From the NCBI GenBank assembly GCA_964586695.1, contig CAZPGQ010000003.1:888-64887 (forward strand): DNA of 64,000 nt, in the 5' to 3' direction. The stretch's first letter is position 1; each line of letters opens with the position of its first letter. Of this stretch, positions 36,612 to 47,205 are shown piece after piece. Below the pieces are notes generated by a model, which was not told where the DNA came from, made no database searches, and saw only the letters and a program-made list of their open reading frames with translations. The position numbers and the translations under genes were made by a program. This DNA comes from an uncultured Candidatus Saccharibacteria bacterium. GTDB lineage: Bacteria; Patescibacteriota; Minisyncoccia; Phycocordibacterales; DATDWN01.

Positions 36612-36647
36612 CTTTCCTCTTTGAGTTTTTTTGCTAAAATAATATAA

Positions 36648-37502
36648 ATGCCTCCAGAAGAAAAAAAAGACAGAGTTCCAATAAAATCATTGCGAACATA
36701 TCAAGGTGATGTCGAAGAAGCTATTGGAAGAAACAAAGAATCCAGTACAACTATTTTTGTAGCAGAAGAAAAGAGGAAAGTAGAGAATCCAGAAAAAGTT
36801 GTTGAGGTGAAATACAACCCGACAAAAAATAAAGTTTTTGTTTATATGGGTGCTGCTTTTTTTATCCTTGGTATTTTTGCAATAGGGGGTGTTTACTATT
36901 TTAGATATAGCGAAAAAACTGTAATTGAACAGCAAGCCAAAACCCTCCTAAAATTCTCAAAAGAAAAAACTTTATCTCCATATGGTCTAAGCAAAGACAG
37001 CTTTATACAAAAACTTGTTGACGAAAGAGAGGCCTTCCAACTACCAATAAACTCTGTGCTGTACGTAAACACAACAATAGAAGGCAGTGACTCTCTTGGT
37101 CAAGTACTTGCTCATGTTGGACCAAATATGCCAGGTTCTTTAGTGAGGTCTTTTGACCAAAATTATATGATTGGAGTTTACTCATACGACACAAACGAAA
37201 TCTTCTTTATCCTAAAAGTTAAAGACTTTGCTTCAAGCTATTCTGGAATGCTTAAATGGGAAAAAGATATGGCCAATGATATGCAAGAAATATATTCTAT
37301 TGATCCTTTTCTGGTTTCCTCATCAACTCCTTTTATAGATGAAGCAATAAAAAACAAGGATTTGCGCGTAATAAAAGACCAGAGTGGCAAAACCCAACTA
37401 CTTTATACTTTCCTGGACAAAGAAACCTTACTTATAACAAAGAACGAGAGCATATTCGGAGCCATACTGGGCAGATACACTGTTAGCAAACAAGCGAAGT
37501 AA
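36648..37502 (+). CDS. Membrane-anchored hypothetical protein
   Basis: LRTYQGDV N-terminus, single TM, GMLKWE motif. Confidence 0.8.
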   Translation: MPPEEKKDRVPIKSLRTYQGDVEEAIGRNKESSTTIFVAEEKRKVENPEKVVEVKYNPTKNKVFVYMGAAFFILGIFAIGGVYYFRYSEKTVIEQQAKTLLKFSKEKTLSPYGLSKDSFIQKLVDEREAFQLPINSVLYVNTTIEGSDSLGQVLAHVGPNMPGSLVRSFDQNYMIGVYSYDTNEIFFILKVKDFASSYSGMLKWEKDMANDMQEIYSIDPFLVSSSTPFIDEAIKNKDLRVIKDQSGKTQLLYTFLDKETLLITKNESIFGAILGRYTVSKQAK

Positions 37503-37541
37503 GCCCCTCGCTTGTGCTTTTGTTTTTGGTATAATACATAT

Positions 37542-37901
37542 ATGACTATAGACACACAACAATTTAAGGATGCGCTATTAAAAGAACAAGAAGTTCTAGA
37601 AAAGGAACTGTCTTCAATGGGTCAGAAAAACCCAAATGACTCCACAGACTGGGATGCGAAAACAGAAGCTGACACAACAGATGACGCAGATGAAGGTGAT
37701 GTGGCAGATTCAATGCAGGAATTCGAAAACAAAAATAGCGAAGTAGACCAACTAGAAGTTCAGTTAAGGGAAGTAAAAGGAGCACTAGAAAAAATCGAAG
37801 GTGGGACTTACGGAAAGTGCGAAGTTTGTGGTGAAGACATAGAAGTAGACCGACTTTCAGCAAACCCTTCCGCAAAGACTTGCACTGTGCACATGAATTA
37901 A
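37542..37901 (+). CDS. DksA/TraR-family zinc-finger protein
   Basis: DEGDVA coiled-coil tip; YGKCEVCGEDI...RL-ANP-AKTCTVH. Confidence 0.88.
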   Translation: MTIDTQQFKDALLKEQEVLEKELSSMGQKNPNDSTDWDAKTEADTTDDADEGDVADSMQEFENKNSEVDQLEVQLREVKGALEKIEGGTYGKCEVCGEDIEVDRLSANPSAKTCTVHMN

Positions 37902-37909
37902 ATTTCATT

Positions 37910-39469
37910 ATGGCTGTCTCAAAAATTTATTCAGCTCAAGCAACACTACTCTCTGCACAACAAATAGATATAGAAGTGGACCTTTCAAAAGGGCTCCACT
38001 CTTTTTCTATTGTTGGGTTAGCGGACAAGTCAGTTGATGAGTCAAAGGATAGAGTAGGAGCAGCAATAAAAAACTCTGGTTGGAAGTCGCCGAAAAACAA
38101 AAATCAAAAAGTTGTAGTTTCACTGGCACCTGCTGATATCAAAAAAGAAGGTCCTTTGTTCGATTTACCTATCGCATTGGCTTACCTTATATCCTCCGGA
38201 GACATAGATGCCGAGGTAGAACACAAGTTATTCATTGGGGAACTATCTCTGGACGGAAAATTGAGACCAATCAAAGGAGCTTTGCCTATAACACAGATGG
38301 CGAAGAAAAAAGGTTTCACCGAAATATTTTTACCTTTAGAAAATGCGGAGGAAGCGTCCAGCATAGATGGTATAAAAGTTTTTGGGGCAGAGTCATTACT
38401 CGATGTAGTAAAGCATATAAACACAAAAGAAAGTGAGGATGAGGATGCTCTACCAAAAGTAAAACTGAAAGAATATAAAAGTAAAAAGAAAAAGAAAACA
38501 AAAAGAGAGATAGAGGTGGATTTTTCCGATGTCAAAGGTCAAGAGTCAGCAAAAAGGGGATTGGAAATTGCAGCGGCAGGTGGACACAACATAATAATGT
38601 ATGGGCCACCAGGAACAGGGAAAACGATGCTGGCCAAAGCATTTTCTCATTTACTACCAGAACTTTCTTTTGATGAAATGCTAGAAGTTACTTCTATCTA
38701 CTCTATTGGAGGAATGCTTCAGGAAGGACTTATCGAGAACCCACCATTCAGATCACCGCACCACACGGCTTCATACGTTTCACTCGTCGGTGGTGGAACA
38801 AATTTAAAGCCTGGGGAAGTTACACTTGCTCACAAAGGAGTATTATTCCTAGATGAATTTCCAGAGTTTGATAGAAAAGTTCTAGAGACACTCCGACAGC
38901 CTTTGGAAGATAGGGAGGTGACAGTTTCTCGTGCAAAAGGTTCTGTAAAATACCCTGCACATTTTATACTGGTTGCCACCATGAACCCCTGTCCGTGTGG
39001 AAACTATGGAGTAAAAGGTAAAGACTGTGTTTGTTCTGCTGTGGCTATAGAAAGATACAAAAGGAAACTGTCTGGACCGATAGTAGATAGAATAGACTTG
39101 TGGGTGGAAGTTTCAAAAATAGAACACGGAAAACTTACAGACTCACGCGACCTGCACGAGAAAACAGAAAATATTATTCCGCGTGTAGAAAAAGCCAGAA
39201 AACTCCAAACAGATAGGTACAAAGATATAAAAATAAAAACTAATGCAGAGCTCTCCGCAAAGGACCTTATAACAAATATAAAACTGAGCGAGAAAGTTAA
39301 AGAACTACTGAATGCTTCGGCAAAACAACTGGACCTCTCTGCTCGTTCATATCACCGAATAATAAAGCTAGCCAGAACAATAGCAGACCTTGACGGGGTA
39401 GAGGATATCGGAGAAAACCACATACTCGAAGCATTACAGTACAGACCCAAGAAATATCAGACATTATAG
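37910..39469 (+). CDS. comM: YifB/ComM Mg-chelatase-like AAA+ ATPase
   Basis: VGLAD, GELSLDG, GPPGTGKTM, PFRSPHH, FLDEFPEF, MNPCPCG, SARSY. Confidence 0.93.
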   Translation: MAVSKIYSAQATLLSAQQIDIEVDLSKGLHSFSIVGLADKSVDESKDRVGAAIKNSGWKSPKNKNQKVVVSLAPADIKKEGPLFDLPIALAYLISSGDIDAEVEHKLFIGELSLDGKLRPIKGALPITQMAKKKGFTEIFLPLENAEEASSIDGIKVFGAESLLDVVKHINTKESEDEDALPKVKLKEYKSKKKKKTKREIEVDFSDVKGQESAKRGLEIAAAGGHNIIMYGPPGTGKTMLAKAFSHLLPELSFDEMLEVTSIYSIGGMLQEGLIENPPFRSPHHTASYVSLVGGGTNLKPGEVTLAHKGVLFLDEFPEFDRKVLETLRQPLEDREVTVSRAKGSVKYPAHFILVATMNPCPCGNYGVKGKDCVCSAVAIERYKRKLSGPIVDRIDLWVEVSKIEHGKLTDSRDLHEKTENIIPRVEKARKLQTDRYKDIKIKTNAELSAKDLITNIKLSEKVKELLNASAKQLDLSARSYHRIIKLARTIADLDGVEDIGENHILEALQYRPKKYQTL

Positions 39470-39471
39470 AT

Positions 39472-39504
39472 TCTAAAAAATCTCCTCGCTGGAGATTTTT
39501 TAGA
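39472..39504. terminator. Bidirectional terminator
   Basis: TCTAAAAAATCTCC...GGAGATTTTTTAGA. Confidence 0.75.
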
Positions 39505-40540
39505 ATGGGTTTCGAGCGCCTCTAATTTCAAAGTGTAGATGTATTCCAGTATGTCCAGTTACCTGACCAGAATTACCCATATATCCTATAACTTGACCCT
39601 GCTTAACGTCATCTCCAGCTGAAACTGCTGTACCACTTAGATGACCATACAATGTCTGAGTTCCATTTCCATGCTTAAGTACAATGTATGAACCGTATCC
39701 TCCATTCCAACCAGAACTCTTTGAAATTAGAACTTCTCCATCTGCTGAAGCATAAATCTTTGCTCCATAAGAAGATGCTAGATCAACTCCGTTGTGGCCA
39801 TGAACTCCTTGTGTTTTGATACCTCCAATAATAGGTCGCATATAGTATCCATTGTATGAAGGAACAGAACTATTAGATTTTGTAGTTTTTGAGCCATTAT
39901 TTGTGGCAGGAACTGAAACAGCCTCACCATCTGGCACAAAAATCACATCGCCAACTGCAATTTTAGAATTTTTTGCTAGGTTGTTATACTGCAGAACCTC
40001 ATCAAGATCTCCTTTATGTTGTTTTGCGATGCTTTGAAGTGTGTCTCCAGATTTAACAGTGTGTTGTATTCCAGAAATAGGCAAAATAACCAGAGTCTGA
40101 CCAACTGAAATTGAGTTTCCCTTTATATCATTTCCCCAGCGAATAGTATTTACAGAAACACCGAACATTTTAGCTATTGCTGGTAAAGTATCACCCTGAT
40201 GGACTACATAAAGACTAATTTGATCGTTATCTACAACTTTTGAGTCCGGTGAGACTTGAGTTTCTGTTGCAAGGGAATTACCGGCAACAATAACAGAAGA
40301 ATCCTTTGTGGTTGAAGCTTTTGGATCTGGAGTTATTACAGCCTGAAGTAGCGCCATGTTTTGAGAATTTGTCTCAATCTCCTCAGCCATAGCAGAATCC
40401 GCACAAAACAGCCTGAACACTGAACACGCAACATCACCCACACTTGCGTTTGTGTGAATTGGGGCTAAAAATAACGTCGAAATCAAAATTGAAGGGATAA
40501 CTGACGTTCGTATGTTCACCGAGGTGATGACTGATCCCAC
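39500..40540 (-). CDS. Two LysM domains plus M23 peptidase (peptidoglycan hydrolase)
   Basis: YVVHQGDTL and HTVKSGDTL LysM repeats; HNGVD, YGHL, HLHFE. Start is uncertain. Confidence 0.92.
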   Translation of the reverse strand: MGSVITSVNIRTSVIPSILISTLFLAPIHTNASVGDVACSVFRLFCADSAMAEEIETNSQNMALLQAVITPDPKASTTKDSSVIVAGNSLATETQVSPDSKVVDNDQISLYVVHQGDTLPAIAKMFGVSVNTIRWGNDIKGNSISVGQTLVILPISGIQHTVKSGDTLQSIAKQHKGDLDEVLQYNNLAKNSKIAVGDVIFVPDGEAVSVPATNNGSKTTKSNSSVPSYNGYYMRPIIGGIKTQGVHGHNGVDLASSYGAKIYASADGEVLISKSSGWNGGYGSYIVLKHGNGTQTLYGHLSGTAVSAGDDVKQGQVIGYMGNSGQVTGHTGIHLHFEIRGARNPF

Positions 40541-40821
40541 TTTAATTAGTTTTCTCTTGAAAACAGCAAAAGTGATTTTAAGACCAGACCATGACTTTGG
40601 ATCCTGTAGTGGACCTAAAATAGGCTAAATTTAAACGTATATTCTGAATTTCAGAGTATAATATGGCTCTGTTAAGCCGTATTATTTACAACATTTTCCG
40701 TACCTAACCATTATATAGTCTAGGACCCTGGGGTCAATAGCAATTACACACAGGCTAATTTTTAAAAATAAGTCAAAGAATAAGTTTTTTTGATATTTAT
40801 TTGTATAATATCTAATACAAA

Positions 40822-41478
40822 ATGAAAAAAACCTTTAAAAACCCTTTTATATATTTACCTCTTTTTACTATTTTATCTTTTTTGAGCTCTACTCCAGCCT
40901 TCTGGTTAGTTAGAAATGGATCAATAGAAGGGAACAGTGTTTTATTTTTCTTTCTTGTGACTATTGGTGCATTTTTTACGATGCTAATATTACCCTCTTT
41001 TCTAATTAAATACATATGGGGTGAGAATACTTCTAGTTACGGACTTCGTATGCCGGAAAAAATAGAATATGCAGTAAAACTGACATTTTTAGCCTTTGTC
41101 CCTATTATTTCACTAATAATACTACTTTCAAGAACCGAAGCGTTTAGAAGTTTTTATATAACGGACCCCAAATTATCTTTTGTATTTTTTATAGAAATAA
41201 TCCTAAGTTTCATATATTTTTTTTCTGAGGAATTCCTTTTTAGGGGTTTTTTACTCTTTAGCTTATGGGAGAAACTGGGACAAAAAGGTTTTTGGGTAAT
41301 AAATATTATATTTTCATTACTTCATGTTGGAAAAGCATCTGGAGAAGTATTTATATCATTTTTTATTGGTATAGTGTTCAGTTACCTATCCATAAAAACT
41401 CAATCTATCTGGCCAGCAGTTATCTTACATTTCTGTATGGCAATATTACTAAACTTTCTTATTTTTTTCTCAAATTAA
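40822..41478 (+). CDS. CPBP/CAAX family intramembrane metalloprotease
   Basis: EEFLFRG, FSLLH, SIWPAVILH. Confidence 0.88.
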   Translation: MKKTFKNPFIYLPLFTILSFLSSTPAFWLVRNGSIEGNSVLFFFLVTIGAFFTMLILPSFLIKYIWGENTSSYGLRMPEKIEYAVKLTFLAFVPIISLIILLSRTEAFRSFYITDPKLSFVFFIEIILSFIYFFSEEFLFRGFLLFSLWEKLGQKGFWVINIIFSLLHVGKASGEVFISFFIGIVFSYLSIKTQSIWPAVILHFCMAILLNFLIFFSN

Positions 41479-41510
41479 GATAAGATTTTTAAAAATGCTA
41501 TAATCTCGCA

Positions 41511-43460
41511 ATGACTGTTAGTAAAAATTATCTAGATTCATTAAATACGGAACAAAAAAAGGCTGTTCTTGCCACAGATGGCCCAGTTCTCATTGTCGCA
41601 GGTGCAGGAGCCGGAAAGACAAAAACTCTTACACACAGAATACTACATTTAATAGCCAGTGGTGTTTCTCCAGATAGGATATTGGCTATTACGTTTACCA
41701 ACAAAGCAGCAAAAGAAATGAGGGAGAGAGTGATGGGGCTTTTAAGTAATGATCCGGAACTTTCACATCTACGAAGAAACCCTCCGTTCATAAGCACATT
41801 TCACTCGCTTGGAGTTCAACTAATAAAAGAGAATGCGGAGTTACTTAAACTACCTCGTCACTTTAGCATTTTTGATACTTCTGATACAAAAAAAATATTA
41901 AAAGACGCAATAACCAAAATTGGTCTTGATCCCAAAGAACATTTGGATAAAATCCGTCACATAATATCCGGAGAGAAGGGAAGAGGAGTCACAATGACAG
42001 AGTACCTTGAAAAGGGTAGTTATGATTTTAATTCTGAAATGACAAAGAAAGTTTGGGCAATCTATGAAGAATCCCTTCGAAAAGAGCACGCTTTGGACTT
42101 TGATGACCTGCTATTAAAAACTTTAAAACTATTAGAGAAAAATCCTGAAGTATTGAAACACTATCAAGAAAGGTTTCTGTACATTCATATTGATGAATAC
42201 CAAGACACAAACAGAGTTCAAAACGCTATAGTTGAAATGCTTGCAAGAAAGCACAGAAATCTTTGTGTGGTTGGAGATACAGACCAGAACATCTACAGTT
42301 GGAGAGGTGCAGAAATAAAAAACATGCTTCATTTTGAAAAAACATATCCTGACGTACAAACTTTTTTCCTTGAACAGAATTATAGATCAACAAAGAATAT
42401 TCTTGCGGTTGCCAATGAAATAATAGAGAAAAATAATTTTCGAATTCCTAAAAAACTTTTTACAGAAAATACAGTGGGGGAGAAAATTGGAATCTTTGAA
42501 GGCCGAAATGAAATAGACGAAGCTCATTTTATTGCACTAAAAGCAAAGGGGTTGATCGAAGAAGGAACAAAAGCAGAGAACATTGCTGTTCTTTATAGAG
42601 CCAACTTTCAGTCTCGAGTTTTGGAAGATGCATTTATAGCATATGGTGTTCCTTACCAGATGCTTGGAACAAAATTTTTTGAACGAAAGGAAATCAAAGA
42701 TATGATTAGTTTTATTAGAGCAAGTTTGAATACAGAAAATGTTAGTGACTTTGCCAGAATAATAAACATCCCAGCTAGAGGCATCGGAAAAACTACTCTC
42801 CAGAAAATAATTGATGGTAAAGAAAACGACTTACCGGAGTCAATGAAAATTAAAATAAATAATTTTAGGAGAATGCTTGTAGATTTTGAGAATGTTTTGA
42901 ATACAGAAAAACCGAGTGAAGCTTTAAAATATATTATTCAAAAATCTGGAGTTGAAGATTCATTGAAAACAGGATTAGAAGAGGATACAGACAGGTTAGA
43001 AAACATAATGGAACTTGTAACGCTAGCAAAAAAATATGACGAATATATTGGAGAAGAGGGAATAGAAAAATTCCTGACTGACACATCTCTAGCTTCCGAC
43101 CAAGACTCATTAGATGGTGAAAAAACAGGAGTAAGGTTGATGACTGTGCATGCCTCAAAGGGTCTAGAATTTGATTACGTTTTTATTTGCGGACTTGAGA
43201 ATGACTTGTTCCCACACAAAGGAATGGGTAACTCAAAAAAGAGTGGGGAGGATGCGGAAGAAGAAAGAAGGCTATTTTATGTTGCTGTTACAAGGGCAGG
43301 GAAGAAGCTGTTTTTAAGCTACGCCTCAACCCGTACTATATTTGGTACAATGGAGGTCAACTCCTCCTCAGAGTTTTTGGATGATATTCCAGATCAATAT
43401 ACAGAGAGGGAGGGTTTTGGTGGTAAGCCGAAATCTCCGTTATTCAGCATAGATTTTTAA
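41511..43460 (+). CDS. pcrA: UvrD/PcrA ATP-dependent DNA helicase
   Basis: AGAGAGKT, FTNKAA, DEYQDTN, QNYRS, TVHASKGLEF, EERRLFYVA. Confidence 0.95.
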   Translation: MTVSKNYLDSLNTEQKKAVLATDGPVLIVAGAGAGKTKTLTHRILHLIASGVSPDRILAITFTNKAAKEMRERVMGLLSNDPELSHLRRNPPFISTFHSLGVQLIKENAELLKLPRHFSIFDTSDTKKILKDAITKIGLDPKEHLDKIRHIISGEKGRGVTMTEYLEKGSYDFNSEMTKKVWAIYEESLRKEHALDFDDLLLKTLKLLEKNPEVLKHYQERFLYIHIDEYQDTNRVQNAIVEMLARKHRNLCVVGDTDQNIYSWRGAEIKNMLHFEKTYPDVQTFFLEQNYRSTKNILAVANEIIEKNNFRIPKKLFTENTVGEKIGIFEGRNEIDEAHFIALKAKGLIEEGTKAENIAVLYRANFQSRVLEDAFIAYGVPYQMLGTKFFERKEIKDMISFIRASLNTENVSDFARIINIPARGIGKTTLQKIIDGKENDLPESMKIKINNFRRMLVDFENVLNTEKPSEALKYIIQKSGVEDSLKTGLEEDTDRLENIMELVTLAKKYDEYIGEEGIEKFLTDTSLASDQDSLDGEKTGVRLMTVHASKGLEFDYVFICGLENDLFPHKGMGNSKKSGEDAEEERRLFYVAVTRAGKKLFLSYASTRTIFGTMEVNSSSEFLDDIPDQYTEREGFGGKPKSPLFSIDF

Positions 43461-43463
43461 ATA

Positions 43464-44249
43464 ATGTTAAAAAAGAAATCACTAGGTCAAAACTTTTTGA
43501 ACTCTCCGAAAATCGTGAGCGATATTGTTGATGCTGGAGAGGTTAACTCTAGTGAAACAGTTCTAGAAATAGGACCAGGGGAGGGCGTGATGACAGAAAA
43601 ATTACTTGAAACTGGAGCTCATGTTATTTGTATTGAAAAAGATGATCGCTTAATACCAGAACTACACAAAAGATTTTTAAAAGAAATTTCTGGAAAACAG
43701 TTGGAACTAATTCACGCTGATGTTTTGGATACTGGTATAACACACATAATAAAAGTTAAGTACAAAGTAGTTGCAAACATACCATACTATATAACAGGTC
43801 AGATAATAAGAATGTTTCTAGAAAGTGACAACCAACCTGAAAGAATGACACTACTAGTTCAAAAAGAAGTTGCTGAAAGAGTTGTGGCAAGAGATGGAAA
43901 AGAAAGTTTACTTTCATTGTCTGTAAAAGTTTTTGGTAATCCAAGACTGGTTCGTGTTGTTGGTAGGGGAGCATTCACACCGCAACCAAACGTGGACTCT
44001 GCTGTGTTAAATATTGAAAACATATCCAAAGAAAGATTGGATGGTGTAGATGAAAAATTATTTTTCAAAATTATTCACGCTGGCTTTGCACACAAAAGAA
44101 AACAGCTTCTACCAAACCTAGCAAGTATTTACAAAAAAGAGGATTTGATTTCAGCTTTTGAAAAATGTGGAATAGATCTAAAAGCTAGGGCAGAAGATAT
44201 TGAATTAAATGGCTGGGTTAAACTTTGCAAAAGCTTTTACGGCAGTTAA
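43464..44249 (+). CDS. rsmA: 16S rRNA dimethyladenosine transferase
   Basis: LGQNFL, EIGPGEG, ANIPYYIT, QKEVAER, PNVDSA. Confidence 0.96.
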   Translation: MLKKKSLGQNFLNSPKIVSDIVDAGEVNSSETVLEIGPGEGVMTEKLLETGAHVICIEKDDRLIPELHKRFLKEISGKQLELIHADVLDTGITHIIKVKYKVVANIPYYITGQIIRMFLESDNQPERMTLLVQKEVAERVVARDGKESLLSLSVKVFGNPRLVRVVGRGAFTPQPNVDSAVLNIENISKERLDGVDEKLFFKIIHAGFAHKRKQLLPNLASIYKKEDLISAFEKCGIDLKARAEDIELNGWVKLCKSFYGS

Positions 44250-44273
44250 ACTTGTATGATACAATAATAAATA

Positions 44274-45104
44274 ATGTTGAGCTTAAAAATTCACAATAAA
44301 ACTTATGTTGTTCTTGTTATCTGTATAGCGTTTATTGTATCTGTCTGGCTGGTACAAAGGAGTATTCCAACGAAGAAATCGCCAGATAATATCCTAGAAA
44401 CATACTCCACAGAAAATACAACAGATGAATCTTGGAAAAGCACTCTATCAAGCATAAATTTTAGTGATCCAGACATATCCAGCACACTATCACCAGATGA
44501 TCCGAATACATTTGACGAAACATCACTGACAGGCCAGATGGCTCGAGATCTGTTTTCCAGATACTTACTAACAATAAAAGATAACCCTACTCAAGAAAAC
44601 CTTGACAAGATATCAGACTCGATATTATCTTCAGAAAATTATTCAAAAATATCTAGTGTTACATATAATCTAAACAATATAAATATTAGCCCATCAAACA
44701 CACCACCAAGCACAAAACAGTATGGGGATAGTTTGAACAAAATAATAGTGGGGGAAATGATGGCCACTCAAAAAGCAGATCCTCTCCCAACAATACTTAT
44801 AGAATCAATACAAAGCGAAAATAAGAAAAGGCTTGGTGACTTAGAAACATATGTTAAGGCTTTTAAAAATATAACGAATGGCCTATTGAATATGTCTGTA
44901 CCAAGTGATTTCTCTCAATTACATCTAGAACTCCTAAATTCTTCTAGTGCTGTTTACACTGATTTGAAAGCAATGTCAGAGTTTCTAGATGACCCAATAA
45001 AAGGTATTATCTCTGTAAAACAATACTCTGATGACCTTGTGCTTATGGAAACTATTCAGGAAAAAATAAATGTCTTATATAAACAAAAAATGGGGATAAA
45101 ATAG
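44274..45104 (+). CDS. Membrane-anchored helical hypothetical protein at the start of the T4SS-like cluster
   Basis: N-terminal TM; VPSDFSQLHLELLN and DDPIKG motifs. Confidence 0.75.
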   Translation: MLSLKIHNKTYVVLVICIAFIVSVWLVQRSIPTKKSPDNILETYSTENTTDESWKSTLSSINFSDPDISSTLSPDDPNTFDETSLTGQMARDLFSRYLLTIKDNPTQENLDKISDSILSSENYSKISSVTYNLNNINISPSNTPPSTKQYGDSLNKIIVGEMMATQKADPLPTILIESIQSENKKRLGDLETYVKAFKNITNGLLNMSVPSDFSQLHLELLNSSSAVYTDLKAMSEFLDDPIKGIISVKQYSDDLVLMETIQEKINVLYKQKMGIK

Positions 45105-45183
45105 TTACTTTTCAACACAAAATGCTAGTGCGAGAAAAATAACTGGTATATAATAATAGATGTTGATTTAGGTCTAAATTCAA

Positions 45184-47187
45184 ATGAAAAAAATAAAAAA
45201 AATATTTGGATCTTTACTTTTTGTTTTTGTACTATCCACAACTTTGTTTGCAGTTCCACAAAGAAGTTATGCTTTCTGGGGTATCGCTGATATTAGTTTT
45301 GACCCATGGAACTTTGTTCAAAATAACGTAACTGCTGTATCAACAAGCATAACTGCTGGCTCAGGAACAGTAACCGCAGTAATGACAACGGGAAGTAAAA
45401 TAAAGGAATTTATACTAGACCCAGCTGCTAGAGTTGCCATGAGAACCATAATACAGAGGGTTACCGCTCAGACAGTAAACTGGGCGAATTCTGGTTTCAA
45501 AGGTAATCCAGCCTTTATAACAAACCCAAAACAATTTTTCTTAAATGTAGGTGACAATGTAGCCTCAAACTTCCTTTCGAGCTCTGGGGTAAACCAACTA
45601 TGTACACCATTTAGGTCAAAAGTTAGACTTGCTTTGGTTAAAAACTACATATCAGAAGAACAAAATTTCTCTTGTACACTGAGTATACTAAAGAACAACT
45701 ACACTCAATTTGCAAAAGATTTCACTGGTGGTTGGGATGCTTGGTTTGAAGTTACTCAAAATACTCAAAATAACCCTTACGGTGCGTACATGGCAGCAGA
45801 GGATGAGCTAAATGCCAAAATTGCTGAGGAAAAAAACAAATATCAACAACAGATAGACCAAGGTAGGGGATTCCTATCGTGGGAAAGATGTCCTGATAAC
45901 GCAGTTGTTACGGCAGCAAACCAAGCCCAACTCTCCACTGACTCTGGTAAGAAATTTGAAATTGGTGACTGTGCGGGACCACTAGAGGCAGCTACACCGG
46001 GTAGTGTTATAGAATCTCAATTACAAAAATCTCTTGGGGCTGGTATAGATCAATACATATCAGCTAAAAATTTTGATGAGGTTCTTGGTGCTGTTGTTGT
46101 CGGCTTATACAAAAGAGTCGTCGGTGGTGGTCCTGGCTTGTTAGACAAAACTCCTGGCGGACAAAATCTTCCTCCTCCACCAACTTCTGGAGCTCCAACT
46201 ATAGCCTTACAGGGTCAAAACCCTCTAAACGTTCTTACTGGTACGAGACTGAATGACCCTGGTGCTGTAGCTTATGATGCGAGTGGAGTAGATCTCAATG
46301 TTCTCGCAGTAAGCAACGTAGATACATCATATGCTGGAAGCTACAATATAACCTACTATGCCACAAGCACTAATGGGCTTCTAGTTTCATCAAAAACAAG
46401 AACTGTTATTGTTGGAATATTCAACAATAACCCAAACTCTTGTCTAACACAGACATACGCAACTTACGCCTCAACTTGGCCAGCACTTTTGGATCTATTA
46501 ACCATAAAACTAGGAAATATAGACGAGGGTCAAATAAAAAGAGCACTTACCACAATGATCTCTGTAACAAATGCAGAGAGAGTCTATCTGATTTCCCAAA
46601 AACAAAAGGATGTTATTGTTGACCTAGAAGATATACTAACAAAAATGGACGACTTGTATGAATACGCTGATAGAGCAGATGAAAACTCAATCAGAGATGT
46701 CCTGCAACTAGAAAGGGATAGGTCTGATTTAAAAGAAGCCCTGAAAAACTTAACTACAGTCTATTCTTGTCCTATTCCACCACCAACTTATGCACTTACT
46801 CCAATAGACACATCACCAACTGCAGGAGGTGGAGGAGGAAGTTGTATAGCTCCTTCAGACGCTTCGACCAGATGGCCAAATCATCAGGCAGAAGTTGATG
46901 CAGCAAAAGCACAGCTAGCAGCTAGTGGCATGACATGGCAAACTTCAGATCCAAACTTTGAGTGTAACAGATTTGAAATAACCAGATTGGCAGCAAAAAT
47001 GATTGGTGGAGCGGCAGGAATATACTCAAAACCTGTAGGAGCAAACTGTAACGGTTATGCGATAGATATAGTTGCATTTAACGATGGTTATCTATATGAC
47101 GTAACCGTTGGAGTAGACGGTGCACCAACACAATGGGGTGCGGCAACATGTAATCCACCAGATCCTAGTAGGTGGGTAGCACCGTAA
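45184..47187 (+). CDS. Large secreted modular protein with DUF5011-like Ig domain
   Basis: Signal peptide; APTIALQGQNP...DPGAVAYD...VDTSYAGSYNITY; Cys-containing C-terminal domain. Confidence 0.75.
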   Translation: MKKIKKIFGSLLFVFVLSTTLFAVPQRSYAFWGIADISFDPWNFVQNNVTAVSTSITAGSGTVTAVMTTGSKIKEFILDPAARVAMRTIIQRVTAQTVNWANSGFKGNPAFITNPKQFFLNVGDNVASNFLSSSGVNQLCTPFRSKVRLALVKNYISEEQNFSCTLSILKNNYTQFAKDFTGGWDAWFEVTQNTQNNPYGAYMAAEDELNAKIAEEKNKYQQQIDQGRGFLSWERCPDNAVVTAANQAQLSTDSGKKFEIGDCAGPLEAATPGSVIESQLQKSLGAGIDQYISAKNFDEVLGAVVVGLYKRVVGGGPGLLDKTPGGQNLPPPPTSGAPTIALQGQNPLNVLTGTRLNDPGAVAYDASGVDLNVLAVSNVDTSYAGSYNITYYATSTNGLLVSSKTRTVIVGIFNNNPNSCLTQTYATYASTWPALLDLLTIKLGNIDEGQIKRALTTMISVTNAERVYLISQKQKDVIVDLEDILTKMDDLYEYADRADENSIRDVLQLERDRSDLKEALKNLTTVYSCPIPPPTYALTPIDTSPTAGGGGGSCIAPSDASTRWPNHQAEVDAAKAQLAASGMTWQTSDPNFECNRFEITRLAAKMIGGAAGIYSKPVGANCNGYAIDIVAFNDGYLYDVTVGVDGAPTQWGAATCNPPDPSRWVAP

Positions 47188-47205
47188 GAGTTGTTGGTCT
47201 AAAAA

